A DNA stretch of 56,213 nt, counting the filler, from Streblomastix strix (taxonomy: Eukaryota), in the NCBI GenBank assembly GCA_008636045.1. It is 2 parts of 2 records of this genome, joined end to end, with 100 filler letters (N's around TTAATTAATTAA, not from the genome) between each part and the next. Parts side by side here need not be neighbours in the genome. Positions count along the whole stretch, not along the records: positions 1 to 28,113 come from SNRW01000133.1; 1 more part is not named here. One strand, given 5' to 3'. The notes under the pieces were generated by a model. That model did not search any database. It was not told where the DNA came from and saw nothing but the letters and a program-made list of their open reading frames with translations. The translations under genes were made by a program, and so were the position numbers. This document shows positions 1 to 20,805 of this stretch, one piece after another. How positions within the stretch are numbered: the first letter of the stretch is position 1; every line of letters starts with the position of its first letter.

Positions 1-398
1 ATTGGGTATAATTTGGTGAACTTGTACATAACTTAGAAATAGCTGAATCTTTGGAAGAATGTAAATAATTCCAAATTATCATTATTAGATCAAATGCTTC
101 AAATTCTGCATGAAGAGTACCCTATATCAATAAAAACTAAAAATAATTCTATAAGAGAAAATGATATACAAACATTATGACCTGCATTTGTCTGGTTATA
201 TCCATACGAAACAAGTTCATTATCGCATGTTATCACACATCCAACAGGAATTTCACCATCACTATGCGATAACTGTGCCTGGAGTGAAGATAACAAAGAA
301 AAATATATTGAAAAATTGAAGTTAATTTTTAATACCATGTTCAGTGCCTCACGCATCCAGAATTCATTTGTATTTATATCACTTTATGTTACTTACAT
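1..398 (-). CDS. ADAT2: tRNA adenosine-34 deaminase catalytic subunit (ADAT2/Tad2-like), 3' part outside window
   Basis: ATG 398; with TAA=Gln and GT-AG introns 279-335 and 122-173 it reads MQVTQSDINTNEFWMREALNM|AQLSHSDGEIPVGCVITCDNELVSYGYNQTNAGHN|GTLHAEFEAF. This has the M..AL..A...GE.PVG.V...G.N...HAE deaminase signature; PCxxC lies beyond the window edge. Confidence 0.88.
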
Positions 399-682
399 AG
401 ACTAAAAATTAAAAAAAATGCGACTAAAAGTCAAAATGCATTAATGGATGAGCAAATAAATGGATTTTTCTGAAAAAATATTTTTCATGTAAGATTTATA
501 GAAAAATACTTTAAATATTGGAATAATATAATAAAATCATGATGATATTTAGCACTGTGCAATGAAATTATGTTTGTACGTGTACTATTATGTGATAATT
601 ATGGCAAAAATAAAGAGGACAGTTATTTTCGCCTTGAGACTTCTAAAAATATATCAAGCTCTGAATTCGACAATTATTACAT

Positions 683-900
683 TCAAAGCAGATATTCTAT
701 ATGTGGGTTTATAACATATTTCTTTATAATATTGACTTGTGCATAACTATCATGAATATAAGGATCCATAATATCGAATACATGAACTTCAATATCTTCA
801 GTTGTTCCTTCTTCTTCAATATTCTCTTCTAGACTTTTGAGTTAAGAAGGAATTAGTTATGCATGAAGATTATCCTTTTATTGAATATGTAAGAACTAAT
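683..900 (-). pseudogene. Possible isolated C-terminal fragment of a lineage-specific protein family
   Basis: Short coding-like stretch ...LKSLEENIEEEGTTEDIEVHVFDIMDPYIHDSYAQVNIIKKYVINPHIEYLL-TGA(683-685) with no clear start; more GC-rich than its flanks. Confidence 0.25.
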
Positions 901-1057
901 TCTTGATGTATTATAATGCTTTTTAAACGATTTGAAATACAAGCGAAACAATCTTAAGAAAGATATTTTCTGAAAAAAATAACGAAAATCAAAATTATTT
1001 TATTCACTCTTTATTAATTATTCAAAATTTGATTGCTATTTAATAATGGATAACTTT

Positions 1058-4000
1058 TCAAACATAGAAAGGTCGTGAACAATGAGGACATGTTGTTTTC
1101 TTAGAAGAATGAAACCATTTCTATAAACAGCTGCTGTGAAATTTCTTTTAGCATCCGTTGCATTATGCTTTTGGCATTTCATGTGTTGTTATTTCTATGA
1201 CGGAGTAACAGATTAAACAAGGTTCACGATTGCGAGAGAAGAATTCTTAAACATTTGCAACAAGAACAGATGCAGCTGATGCCAATGATGCACCTGTCGA
1301 TAGTCCAGATCCAATTCCAGTATTTTATCCTCCAATTGATCCAGAAACTGAAGATACTTTCCCAGATTAATTCATCATTGAAGCAGCTAACATCTCCCAT
1401 CTCCTAGAAACAGGCTATGGAATTCCTTCTCTTCTAATAAACTGACACTATGGAGATCTCAATGGATGCAAACCAGATAATTTGAACACAATTTCAACTC
1501 TTATCGATGAATCTTATGGCGCACTAATATTCATAGTTAACTCACGAGATAGAGAGTGTTGAAGTGTCATTTATACATTATCATTCGCTGTTGGGAATGA
1601 TGATGATTAAGATGAAGATTAAGATGAAGTAGGTTAATTAAATTCATCAAATGAAGAAGATGAAGGAGAAGAGAAAGTTGCAACAGTTTCTGTGAAATCT
1701 CGGAGAATCAGTGAGGGTGAAATAAGACCTTCAATAATTGATTCTATTTTTGGCTTATTGACTTCAGATGGAAGATAAAAGTTAATGTTTGTATATTATG
1801 ATTATGACTAATTGATTTCATTTGAAGTTTGTGAATTTTTATTATTATCTTTGTTTGTTGATTTCTTCTTTGCTTTAATTTTCCCTCCTTTGATCTCATA
1901 TTCTTCAGAATCAGAATCTTCATTTAAATCTCCTTCTTTTTATTCATTGTATTCAACATCATTCAAATTATTCTTTCTATTATTATTTCTTTACTTTCTA
2001 TTAGCATTATCATTATTTCTATAAATGAAATCTTTAAAACCTTCAGAGTTGTATTATAATGCAAAACAACTCAAAAGAACTAAAAGTTCTGATTGGATTT
2101 TATCATCTCTATTTTTTAATATAGTTTCATTCTCATCTTTATCATCATCATTTTTTTCATTTTCTTCTTCATCTTCATCTTAATCATAATCATCATCAGA
2201 TTCAGGAGATTGTAGATTTTATTATTATTTTAATTTCGCTTTATTTTTTCTCTTTTCATTTAATCTTTCTTATTCTTTCCCTTTTCTTAATCTTTTCAAT
2301 TCATTCATTACTAATTATTTTACAGAATCAAAATATTAGAAAGTTTGCGATACAATTGAGGAAGATGTAATAAACGGTTCAAATGATGATTATTTCATTG
2401 CATATTTTGTAGATATTGATTCTGTTATTTTGTCAAACCAAATTTATGGAGAAATTGAGAAAAATTATTTCAAATTTTAGTTCTTTTATTCTTTTTCTTT
2501 TTCCTTCTCTTTTTCTCTTTCAACTTTTCTCTTCAACAGATTATAATTGAATTCAATATAATCTAATGATTGAGATAAAGACAAGTTCCAAAGAGGAGAC
2601 AATTGTGTATATCCATATGGTCCTGAATATAATGAATATTTATTCATCACATTTGAATTTACACTTTATTAGTTTTTGCTATCTTTGTTAGAATTACTTG
2701 TTTTATTTGTCTAATTTGACCAATTACTTTTCAAGCTTTGCTTACTATGATAACTTGAATAACTCTCTGAATCGTTATTAACTTTAGATTTAGTTTCTTA
2801 TTCAAATTAATTCTTTTAATCTTCGTTTTATTCGTCAGCTTATTCTTATTCCTATACATTTTATTCTTCTTCTTCTTCATCATCATCTTCATCATCAATT
2901 CCTTTCCGTTATTATCTTTATTATTTTTACTATATTATCAAATCTCTTTCAATTTATGTCTTTTATACAAATACAGAGAACTTTTCTAATTGGTCAACAT
3001 TTTATGGTGTGAATATGAGTGAAAGAAGATATGAATAAAGAGGAATACGAAGGAATGTGTGATTATGAGACGTATAAGGAGCAAATGATTATTATTGTTT
3101 TGATTATTTGTCATCTTCAATATTATTATCTTCATAATAATCTTCATCTACAGGAATTAATATTATCGCATTTTGAAGACACTACTATAAATAATACTAA
3201 GGTGAATAATAAGAAGATGAAGATGTCGTTACTGACGAAACGGATTAAGTTTCTTATTCCTAATGTTTAATTAATCTCTACTTATTATTATATTCATCAA
3301 TCAATTCCTGAAGATGCAACTCTGAATGAGCAAATACTATCAACCAACCAAGTAAAGCTGATTTTGGTTGCAGTGATTGAGATGAGAAGAATGAAAGTAT
3401 ATTTTGAGAGAGATTTAGGGTTAGATTGGATGTGGATGATTATTAGGGAATTGATTAACTAAGAATAAATATCTATGAATGTTTATTATCTTCTGAATCT
3501 TCTGGTTTCTCTTTTAATTATTATTCTTTTTCTTACTGTTGTTCTTATACACACAAATGCCATAGTATGTTCATTCCAATATATTATGCAACTTTTATTG
3601 GAATAGAAAGAAGTGACAATGATGATGAAAGCGATGAAAGAGAAAGTTGATTTGTTAGAAGTGATTGCTATGATGAAGGTTGTGATGTTTACTGTTATTG
3701 TTCATTCTCATTATTATTAATCAAAATATCTTCATTTAAAATAAGGTAATATTCAGAAGATTTGTATAATTGTAATCGTGTTATATTATCACATAACTTA
3801 CTTATCATATTAGTTATATATTAAGAAGTAATCGATGATAAAGATTATAATGAAAACTAGAATAAAAGAGATGGAATAATAGAAGAACGAATTGATTATG
3901 TGAATATTGGGAGAAACTATGAGAAGCGAGGTTATTCATCCTATTATAGTTATTATTATTATGATTATTATTATGATTAATGAATTTGTTAGTTTTTATT

Positions 4001-7000
4001 GTCATTTTCTTTTTCATTAACATCTTTGTTCAATGATTAATTCTTTTCTTTCAAATTTTATTCATCAATTTCTTCATTTTCTTCTTCATCTTCATCTTCT
4101 TCATCTTCAATTTCAAATCCAGTTTAATCTTCTTCTTTCAATTTCTCAATATTTTCTCTTTTTCTTTCTTTCTTATTCTTTTATTTCATTTTCTCCAACT
4201 GTTATTATGGAATCAAGAATTCAAATGCCTTGTGATGGAGTAGATGTGCAAGAGAAGATAATTTGGATGAGAAATATGATTATGAAGATGCTTATGATAA
4301 AGGTGAAGAGGAATGAGGAATTATTTAGCTTTAATTTTCTTATTATTGAGTAAAAGTCAAATCTTTCTATTCATCTGAAGTTTATTAATCATCTTTCTTT
4401 TCTCCTTCTTTTTCTTAGTTTATTTTATTCACTCTTTGTTTCCTATATGATTTAGGAAGGAAGTTGAGTAGAAGAATAAATGAGATGGAGAATGACTCAT
4501 ACAATAATGAGGAGAAAGTATTAAGAAGATTAAATAAGGAATTAATTGAATATAATGAAGATTATTATTATTGCTTAATGAATTATTTTCCAACTTATAT
4601 AATTATTTCACGAGTAAATAATGGAGAATATGGAGGTAAATAAAGTGGGATTTATCTGCTTAATTATAATTCTTAAAATATTTATTCTGTTATTAATAAC
4701 TATTATTAGGTATAAGTATAAGTATAATGTCTATTATCTTTATTTTATTTATATTTCTGAATCTATTTATCTGTATTAATATTTGAATTTGTATTATCAT
4801 CGTTCTTTTATTTCTATCTTCTTTTTCTTGCATCTTTTCTTTCTTTCATTTTTCTCTTCTTCTTTTTCTCATCTTCTTCTTCCATTTTCTGTTCAACTTT
4901 ATTATTTATTTTATTTATTAATACAATTTATTGATAGTATATAATATAGCATAATATCTGATGTATGTTTGTATGAGTGAATGAAATTAACTTGTCAACT
5001 GATTCCCAGAGCCAAAGAGGAAGTAATTATGAAGATAATGAATATAAAGAAGAATAAGATGATGATGATGATGATGATGATGATGAGGAAGTTAATTAAA
5101 TTTGATCTTATACATTTTTTTGATCAATTTGATCTTTTAAATTTTCTTTATCTTTTATTTTCTTCTTTCTTTCTTCTCTTTTTATCAATTCTTTTATTTT
5201 CATTTACTTCTTTAAAATAGAAATAAAGAATTATAGTATAGAGAGAAGTAGTTATGAAAGTGAATATAGATCAGATTGAATATGATCAATTATTTATGAA
5301 GAAGATTATTATTCTTATTTCAACTCATCATTAATTGTTTTTTATTATTTGTTATATTAATCAATAACTTTTACAATCAATTCGCATATGAACAAAGAAG
5401 AAGGATTGTATATATAAGAAGTTAACGAATCAAGTAATTATGAAACAGGTTATGTGAAAAATGGAGAAGGAAATTGATATTATGATGTTGGAGAGAATGA
5501 TGTTGTCTTTGTTTATAAATTAATGAGTTTAGAAATAAGTGTAAATGAATGTGTAAACAATTAAATTTATTATTAATTATATTATGTTTACGAGTTTTCG
5601 TTGATAATTTTTGTATTATTATCTTTTCCTGTAATTTCATCAATACATTCTTGTACTTATTTATTAAGAGTAAAACTATTTATAAGGTAGAAAAATTCCG
5701 AAAAATGTCTTTTTGTGGAATTATTTGAATATTTAAACAAAGATAAATCAAATAATTTCAACAATTATTATTTTGATTCTAATTTTTTATATAAATTTTA
5801 TTATATTATTTCTTCTTTATTTTCATTTTCATTTAATTAATTTTCATTATCTGTTTAATTAAGTGGTATTAATTTAAGTGTTTCGTCTTGTTTAGATTTA
5901 TTTGTATTAAATAAAGAAGATAATATGACAGCAGAATAAGCAACTCTTACATTAATATCTGTACAAATAATATTTATTTCTTTTTCTCCTTTTAATTCAG
6001 ATTATCTCACTTCTCTTTCATATTCATCAATAATTCCATTTAATAAATATTATGAATTTGGCACTTATTAAATAATGAATGAAAGAACAGAGGATGAAAT
6101 AGTCACAAATTACATTGGTGTGATATTCAGTGGTATGAAATTCAGTTAAGAAGAAGATTGTATTGATTGTGATTATGAAGAATGTTAAGTTTATTATTTA
6201 TTGAATATCAGTTTTGATGTTAGTGATAACTCTTTAAGGAATATGGATGCAAATTTGGCTTATTGTTATTCAGTAAGTGAATATTATTATGAAGAAGATG
6301 GTTATTATAATGTTTGAGATTAATTCGTTGTTTTAAGAACATCATTGTTAATATTCCGTAATATTCTCTGAATTGAACTTTCCAGATTTTTATACCTAAA
6401 ATAATCATATTTCAATTCTTTGCTTTCTTTTTCTTAATCTTATTCCTTTTCTTCCTCAAAATAATCATTATATTTCTCCTCAATTTCATTATCATCATTT
6501 GATTCATATTCTGTTAACCTCTAATTCAATGAGGAAGTACTGTTAATGTCTGATATAATAACAGAAAGAGAAATAAGATGTCGGAAAGGTAAATATAAAA
6601 GCGAGAATTAAGAAGATTAGATTTATTATGGTTATATTAATTAAGAAGATTATGATTATTAAGATTATATTTATTAAGAAGATTATGTTTATTAAGTTTA
6701 TATTTATTATGATGAAGATCCAATAATCTAATCATTAATTATATTAATCCAATCATTCTTTTCATTTCTTTATTCTTCATGTTAATCTTTCTCTTTATTT
6801 ATTATTAATTATTCTTTCCTTCTTCCAATATAAATAAATTAAGAACATTAAATGATCTATGCAAAAGTGAATGACAAAGTTAATGAATGTGCCAGAAGAG
6901 TGAATGAAGAAGATTAAGTTGAATATTATGATTAAGATGATAATAATAAAGAAGCAGTGTTTAATGAAGGAACAAAAAGCTGATTATTTATTTGTTCCCA

Positions 7001-10000
7001 AGGATTTAGTTATTATATTTATTACTTATCATTTTTAATTGGAGAATGCATGAACAATATCATCTACATCAGTGAATTAGAATCAAAAATATCAGTTTGT
7101 TATTTATTCATTGAAGATAATAACGAAGATAAATAAGTAAGAAGTTATGGAGTAATGAAATTCAGTTTGTTTATAAGAAAAGATGAGAATGAAATTGGAG
7201 ATGAATAAAGATTGATGTTTATATTATTATGAATATTTGAATCATTTTCATTTATTCTTTCATATTCTTTAACTGTTCTTATTTTCCCTTATTATTCTCT
7301 TGAAATAAGCATATCAAATAATTCATTTATCTGTTAAATCTCATTATTATTTTAATTTTGTTCTATTGTTTATACTTCTTTGTTATTCAAATAATGAATT
7401 AGATATTCAATTTATTTAATGTTGTTTTAAATATTTTCCTTCTATTCGATATTATTTTTCTTTTCATCATGCAGATTTTAAATTTCATTTTTAATATTTT
7501 CTTTCTCGTAATTAATGTACTATAAATAAACTTAATCAAACCAACAAGTACCAATTTAACCATAAATGAAAGAAATTGTTATCCGAGCAAGAATGAAAGC
7601 TATTAGTGGAGAATAATTAAGTTATTATTGTTCATTATTTTATCCTTCATTTTGCTTATCTTATTATTATTAATTATTATTTACATCTCTCATTGATATT
7701 TAAAGCAGTTAAATAATCAATTCTTATCTTTTTCCAACATCTCCACAAGTTCCATCCCAAATCTATTTATATTTCTGTTATATTGGATAATATTAAGATT
7801 ATTATTATTATTATTATTATGATGATTATTATTATGATGATGAGTTTTATTATATTTAGGTATAATCAGGATCTATTGTGAATAATGAAGCAAATAAATA
7901 TGCATTTAAAACATCATTGTCAGATATTGTCAATTTTTATTTAATTTCATTCTAATTGTTTTACAATTCATTGACTTCTACCTTATTTGAATAAATTTAT
8001 CTATTTTTATTTTTTCTTATAATTGGAAGAACGGATGCTAAAATAGAAACAAAATTACCCAATTTTTATTATGATTAAGATTATAGAAGCTGAGTTCCAA
8101 TGTATTTTATGAGTAGTTGAATCATGTTTGAATAGAATTATGATGATAAAACTGAATTAAATTATCTTTAAACTTCTTTTCTTTCAATTTCTTTTTCTTC
8201 TTCCTTTTCATCCTTTATCTTTTCATCAATCTTAAATAGCAATGAAAGAAGAGCAGTTGCATTTTCTTTAGCTGTTTATGAGAATAATGAAATATGAGGT
8301 AATTATGAAAGTGCTGACAATGTGACAGATATTTATGAAGAATTAGATGATGATGATAATGACGATTATTGCTATTATTATTTATCATCTTTTATTATTA
8401 CTTCTTCATTTTCAACTTATTTACTCATTTCAGTAAGAATATTCATCCTTTTCACAAATCCTTTGCAATACAACATCAATTATTTATGTTCAGTTTTATT
8501 CAGTTATTGTTTATTATTCAATTACTTTAGATTTAATTTTTTACTTTGTTTTCTTTCATCTTCTAATTCATCATCTTATTCTCCTTACTCAAAATCATAT
8601 TCTTTCTTATAAGTATTAGTACCAAGAATGATTTTAAATAATAATAAAGCAACATCATCAAGTGTTTGCGATTAGAAATTTATTATGTATGGTTAATTTA
8701 GTTGATTTTCTTATGATTATATATTTATTATATCTGTTGCAATTACAAAACTTATTGATGAAAATGATGTGCGAGAGAAAGTAATATAATCTAAGATGCA
8801 TGAATTATCATCGTTTTTTTATTCTTATTCAATCTTCACTTTTTAATTGGCTAATTATATTAATTATTCTCTCTTTCTCTATTCAATGGATTATAATCTA
8901 TTTTCATTTCTTCTTCCAATGAAGAATGACATAATAAGTAAAAGAGAGTGTAGTTAATATTATATAATATGAGAATGTGATTATTATTATGATTCAGAAG
9001 AAGATTATTTTACAGCATCAATATTTTCATTTAATCCAAGTCCTTCACTTGATAATAATGACTACCATACTTATTAAACACTGAACAGTTTATCATTTTC
9101 ATTCATTATATTATTACTCTCATTATTTCTTTATATTATCATCATTTCAATCTTCATCATTCTCTTCATGCACTTGCCAAGGACAGCACTTGCAATATAG
9201 AGAACCTATTAAGATAAATTAATATCATCATCATTAACATTAAATTCATCTCTATTTAATATTTCTTCATTATTATTCTATTTATTTTCTTCTTCTTTTT
9301 CTACTTCACTTTTTTCATCCTATTCTTCATCATCATCATCTTGTTCTTCTTCATTATCTTCATTTTATTCCTCTTCTTCATCAGATTCTTTTTCTTCTTC
9401 TTCTTCCTCAACTTATTTCAATTCATCTTATTTTATTTTCTTATTTTTATCTATTTTTTTATCTTATTTATTTTCTCCCTTTATTTTCTATATCTTTTTT
9501 AATTCATATCGAATAATAGGAAGAATGAATCCTCTCATTAATACAACAAGTTGATCAATATCTCTTTCTTCAGTTGAATAGAATGATTATCTAAGATTGT
9601 TATCTATTTCTTCTTATTATATTTATAATTATTATATTGATTGATGATGAGTAGATGATATGTTATAATAATCTTCATATTCTTCTTGTTTTACTTCATT
9701 TTCTTCTTCTTTCTCTTTTGCATTCACTATTTATTCTTTTTCTTTCCTTTCCTTCTGAATTTCTTTATATTTAGACTCCCTTTCATTAATTATCTTCATT
9801 CTCTTCTCTTCTGCATATTTATTCCATATATTCCACAGAGCTGTGTCTATTAATGGAATTGAGAAGGGTAAGGATGAATATTATGGATTAAACTGCTTTA
9901 TTTCTTCATTGCTTTATTATCCCTCAATTTACTTACCAATTTTTTATTCTCCTTCTTCTTCAGCTTTCATATTCAATCCTACAGAATCAAAGAGAACACA

Positions 10001-12988
10001 CAAAGTCCTAAAAAGTGTTTAATTACTGGTTTTTGGTTCAATTTTAGATGATTATGACAATAAAGACAGAATCTAATCATTATTTTATTACTATGGCTAC
10101 TAAGATAGAAATGAAGAAATAGAAGAAGGAATATCAGGAGATATAATTGAGAAATGATATTATTATTGTATTGATGATGATTATGTAGAAGATGAAGATG
10201 ATATTAAAGATGCTTCAACAATTGGAGTTAATAACGATGCCATAATTGCTTTGAATATTTGTTATTCTTGAATTTATTCTTTATTAAAGCTACTCAATTA
10301 TTCATTTCCATCTATTATATCTTATTAATTAACTTAATCTTTCTTAATTTTCTGTTAATCATTCATCTTCTAAGTATAATTATCTTTTTATTTATTTGAA
10401 TACACTTTATATTAATTTATTATACTTTATATTATATATGATATTGGAGGAAATAGTGAAGATGATTATTAAGAAGATGAAGTGAAAAGCTGAGCTAAAA
10501 TTTCACCTGCACGTTTCCATTGTTCTTAAACTTCATTGATGAATTGCGCTCTCTATTAAATTACTCTTTAATTTTCATTTAATTAATCTTTTTCTTCTTA
10601 ATTCTCTTATTTTTATTCTTTTTCTAATCTTTCAATCCTTCGTTTCAATCCAGATGTGCATCCAACAACTGATTTCGCCAGAATAGTGGATATCACATTT
10701 ATTGGGTAACTGTTATTTGTATTTTAATTAGAATTTCTCTCTTTCAACTTTCTTTGCTATTAACTATTATTGAAGTTATTATTATTTGTAGTCTTTATGG
10801 CTTCAAGAGCGAACAGAGAAAGAAAATCTCCCAATAAACGAAGAGGAATCGCAGTTTAATAAGGAATTGAATAATTAGAAGAAGATTATTATCCAATATT
10901 TAACTATTTACTCTTCTTATCCTTCTTCTCTTTATCTTTACCTTTATTATTCCCCTTTTGAATCTATTTCTCATTTATATCTTAACTCATATCTTTATCT
11001 TTCTCTTTCATTATCAATTCTCTTATTATTTTCTCTCTTTCCTTCTCACCTATTTAAATTACTTCTCTTCCTTCACAGACTAGTCTGAATATAAGTTCAA
11101 ATGATTCTCCAACTCCATCTTTGATATAATTTCATTCATCTGTTGAATGAAGTGGGAAATATGAGCCTAATTCAAATAAATAGAATAATGAATATATTGT
11201 TATAAAAATTGTGTAGGATAAATTAGATAGTTAACATTGATGTTTATTAAAAGTAATATTTATTATAATAATTGAAAGAAAATACCTTCCCAAAGTGCAC
11301 GTAATATTGTTCTAATATCAAATTCTGTCAGAACTGGAATCAAATGTTATTGTTCATTCAATTTCTATTAAACAAGTCTTTCTTTTTCATTCAATATTAT
11401 TCCTTTATCTTTCTTATTCTTATTTGGTTCCATAAGCAAAGTTCCAAGTAATGGCATAATACACGAATAACACAATTGCGGAGATTTCACACATTTCTGT
11501 TTGAGAAATTAAGACAATTGAAGAACAAATTCAGTTCGAAATGGATCTTAACTCAGTAACATTCTAAAGCATCGTTATTGTCTAGATGAATTAATATTTA
11601 TATTTAATTATTCATTCTATTCTCTTTTGTTATTATAATAATCATCATCCAAATCCATATATTAATTCAAACAAATTAGAATCATATCAAATAGAGACCT
11701 AAATGTAATTGGTGATGGTTCTCTAAAAGAAAGCAATATCTATTTTGAAATGGATGGGAATGAATCTGAATTATTCATATAAATTAAAGTGAGAAAGAAA
11801 AAATGATATAAAAATTATAATGAACGAGTAATTACAATAAGAAAAGCAAAATAATAATAAATTCATTCTATTTATACCTTCACTTTATTCAATTCCATCT
11901 TCTTATCCCATAACGATCTCCATGAAATATTAATGAGAGAATCGGGCCAATGAAGCAATTGTTTGATAACAGGATTATCTGACAGCAGGAATCTTATCAT
12001 GAATGAGATGAAGAAGAGAAATATGAGGTTTGGAGTACTGAGATGAATTATATTATGATGTTGATTGATTCGATTTCTTCTTTGATTTAATATTATCTGA
12101 TATATTCTATTCCAATTGTTGATCTGCTTTAGTTTAATATATTTCAGGATCTCCAAATATGGAACATGAAACTGAATAAGATGTTTGTTTTAAACTAACA
12201 GAAACAACAGATTTATCCTTGGTTTCAATTTCACTTTGTATAGAATCAACTTTTCTTTCTTTTTATTAATTATTCTTCAATTCATTTTCTCTTTCTATTA
12301 ATTTCTCATGTTTATAGTATCTTTCAATAAGAGTCCCTCCTCCGCGAATACACGATGATGCAATTCTTCCAAATCTCTCTTCACTGATTTCATTCATTTC
12401 TTTCTCTTCTGAAACTCCTTTTACTCCATTTGATATGATTGATATTATATGGTTGATTATTTCATCATGAAACTTTGATAGAACAATTATTTACTTTTCA
12501 GGTGAAGAAAAAATAACTTCAAATGATTTGAGTGCTGATTTCTAAACATCATTGTTCAAATCATTCATTAAAATAAACCACCAGCAAATTATTTGTGGAA
12601 GATATTGAGCAAACTTTTTCCCAACTTTCTATAATATTATTTGATGGACTTTGCACATCTCATCTCGGATATTGATCTTATTACTCAAAGATAGCTAATT
12701 GAAATGCAATGTCCAATGAGGAAGTAATTCAGTTATATCATTATCATTCAAATCAGGAATCAAAGATTTCAATTTCAATAATCCATCAAAGCAAAGTTGT
12801 GAATCTCTTTTTGAAAATGAAGACATTATATTGGAAAGTGTTGGATTCAGTTTTCCTTATGTAACAGATAAAAGAAACTGAGAAAATGTTGAATCTGTAT
12901 CAGAAAAGGTTGTTGAAGCAAGTTGAACGCGTTTTGCTGATTCTGCGCTGCTAGCAGACCGCTGGCCTTTCTTCAAGTTCTGACTCAT
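1058..12988 (-). CDS. LTN1: E3 ubiquitin ligase Listerin (Ltn1/RNF160), greatly expanded (~3,900 codons), with one internal TGA
   Basis: Exons 12988-11878, 11765-11286, 11166-1058 (11,700 nt). N-terminus SFSKRD...LLPHW...L.LSNKINIRDEMCKVHQIIIEKVGKKFAQYLPQIICWW matches the Ltn1 N-terminal HEAT region. C-terminus CLICYSV...PKAQCNGCQKKFHSSCLQKWFHSSKKTTCPHCSRPFYV* is the Ltn1 RING. Codon-by-codon reading found only one in-frame TGA (11132-11134). Confidence 0.92.
7799..7819 (-). repeat. (TAA)7 trinucleotide run encoding poly-Gln inside Listerin
   Basis: Seven consecutive in-frame TAA codons in the Listerin frame; a (TCA)9 poly-Ser run lies at 5060-5086 in the same frame. Confidence 0.8.
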
Positions 12989-13673
12989 CTAATTTCTGCA
13001 AAATTCAATCTATAAAAAACGGTGGAAATTATTATAATTAATAGATAAATATATTCGAATTGAAAAATTGTTATATATTTGATAGCAAATAAAATATATG
13101 AAATCGCAAGATTAATCAAAAAACAGAGTTTTTATATTTTAATCAGTTTGAGTTGATGAGATGAATAAAAAAGTATAAGTTTATGCATAATAATTTGAAA
13201 TAAATAATTATTAAATGAATAATATAAAAGATGGTCATTATAAATTTATCGATGCACAATAATCATGAAGTTAAAGAAAAAAATTATGAAAGCTTACGGA
13301 TTATGATTAAATGTTTTTGTTATAAAAGTAAAGAATTTAATATATTATATCGTTAAAAATCGTTGAAGATATCAACAAACGCTCTATAGATAATACGAAA
13401 AACACGCATCAAAATAATCTTTTTTGGTTAATGAACTATTCCGTTTTAGTAAGATTTATTATAATCTCTCAAACAAATATTAAATAACAAAACAAAAATA
13501 AATAAATAAAAATGATTGTACAAATATAAAATTAACTCGGAAAAAATGAGTGTAAAAGAAAAGTGTTTGAAATAACCCAAACATTTAGAAATCCTCTTGA
13601 ATAGTACTGTTTTCACAAAATAGGGAAATGGAGAATGATATAAATATATATTATTAGTGATGAGGGACTTAAA

Positions 13674-13711
13674 TCAGTGATTAGTGACTTGATAAGACCG
13701 TTAAATGAGGA
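13674..13711 (-). pseudogene. Relic duplicate of the ABCC C-terminus
   Basis: TCC TCA TTT AAC GGT CTT ATC AAG TCA CT- AAT CAC TGA (SSFNGLIKSL[N]H*, 1-nt deletion) lies 16 nt after the functional end SAFNGLIRSLNH*. Confidence 0.6.
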
Positions 13712-13726
13712 AGGATAAATATATTA

Positions 13727-20805
<7,079 letters not shown>

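Noticed and set aside
11132..11134. Selenocysteine reading of the internal TGAs
   Set aside because: None lies at a redox Cys position, and no SECIS-like hairpin is evident in the short AT-rich 3' regions.
1812..12156. Many short hydrophobic, His-rich or poly-Met ORFs in the supplied track
   Set aside because: They are antisense or off-frame shadows of the low-complexity Listerin exon under the wrong genetic code.
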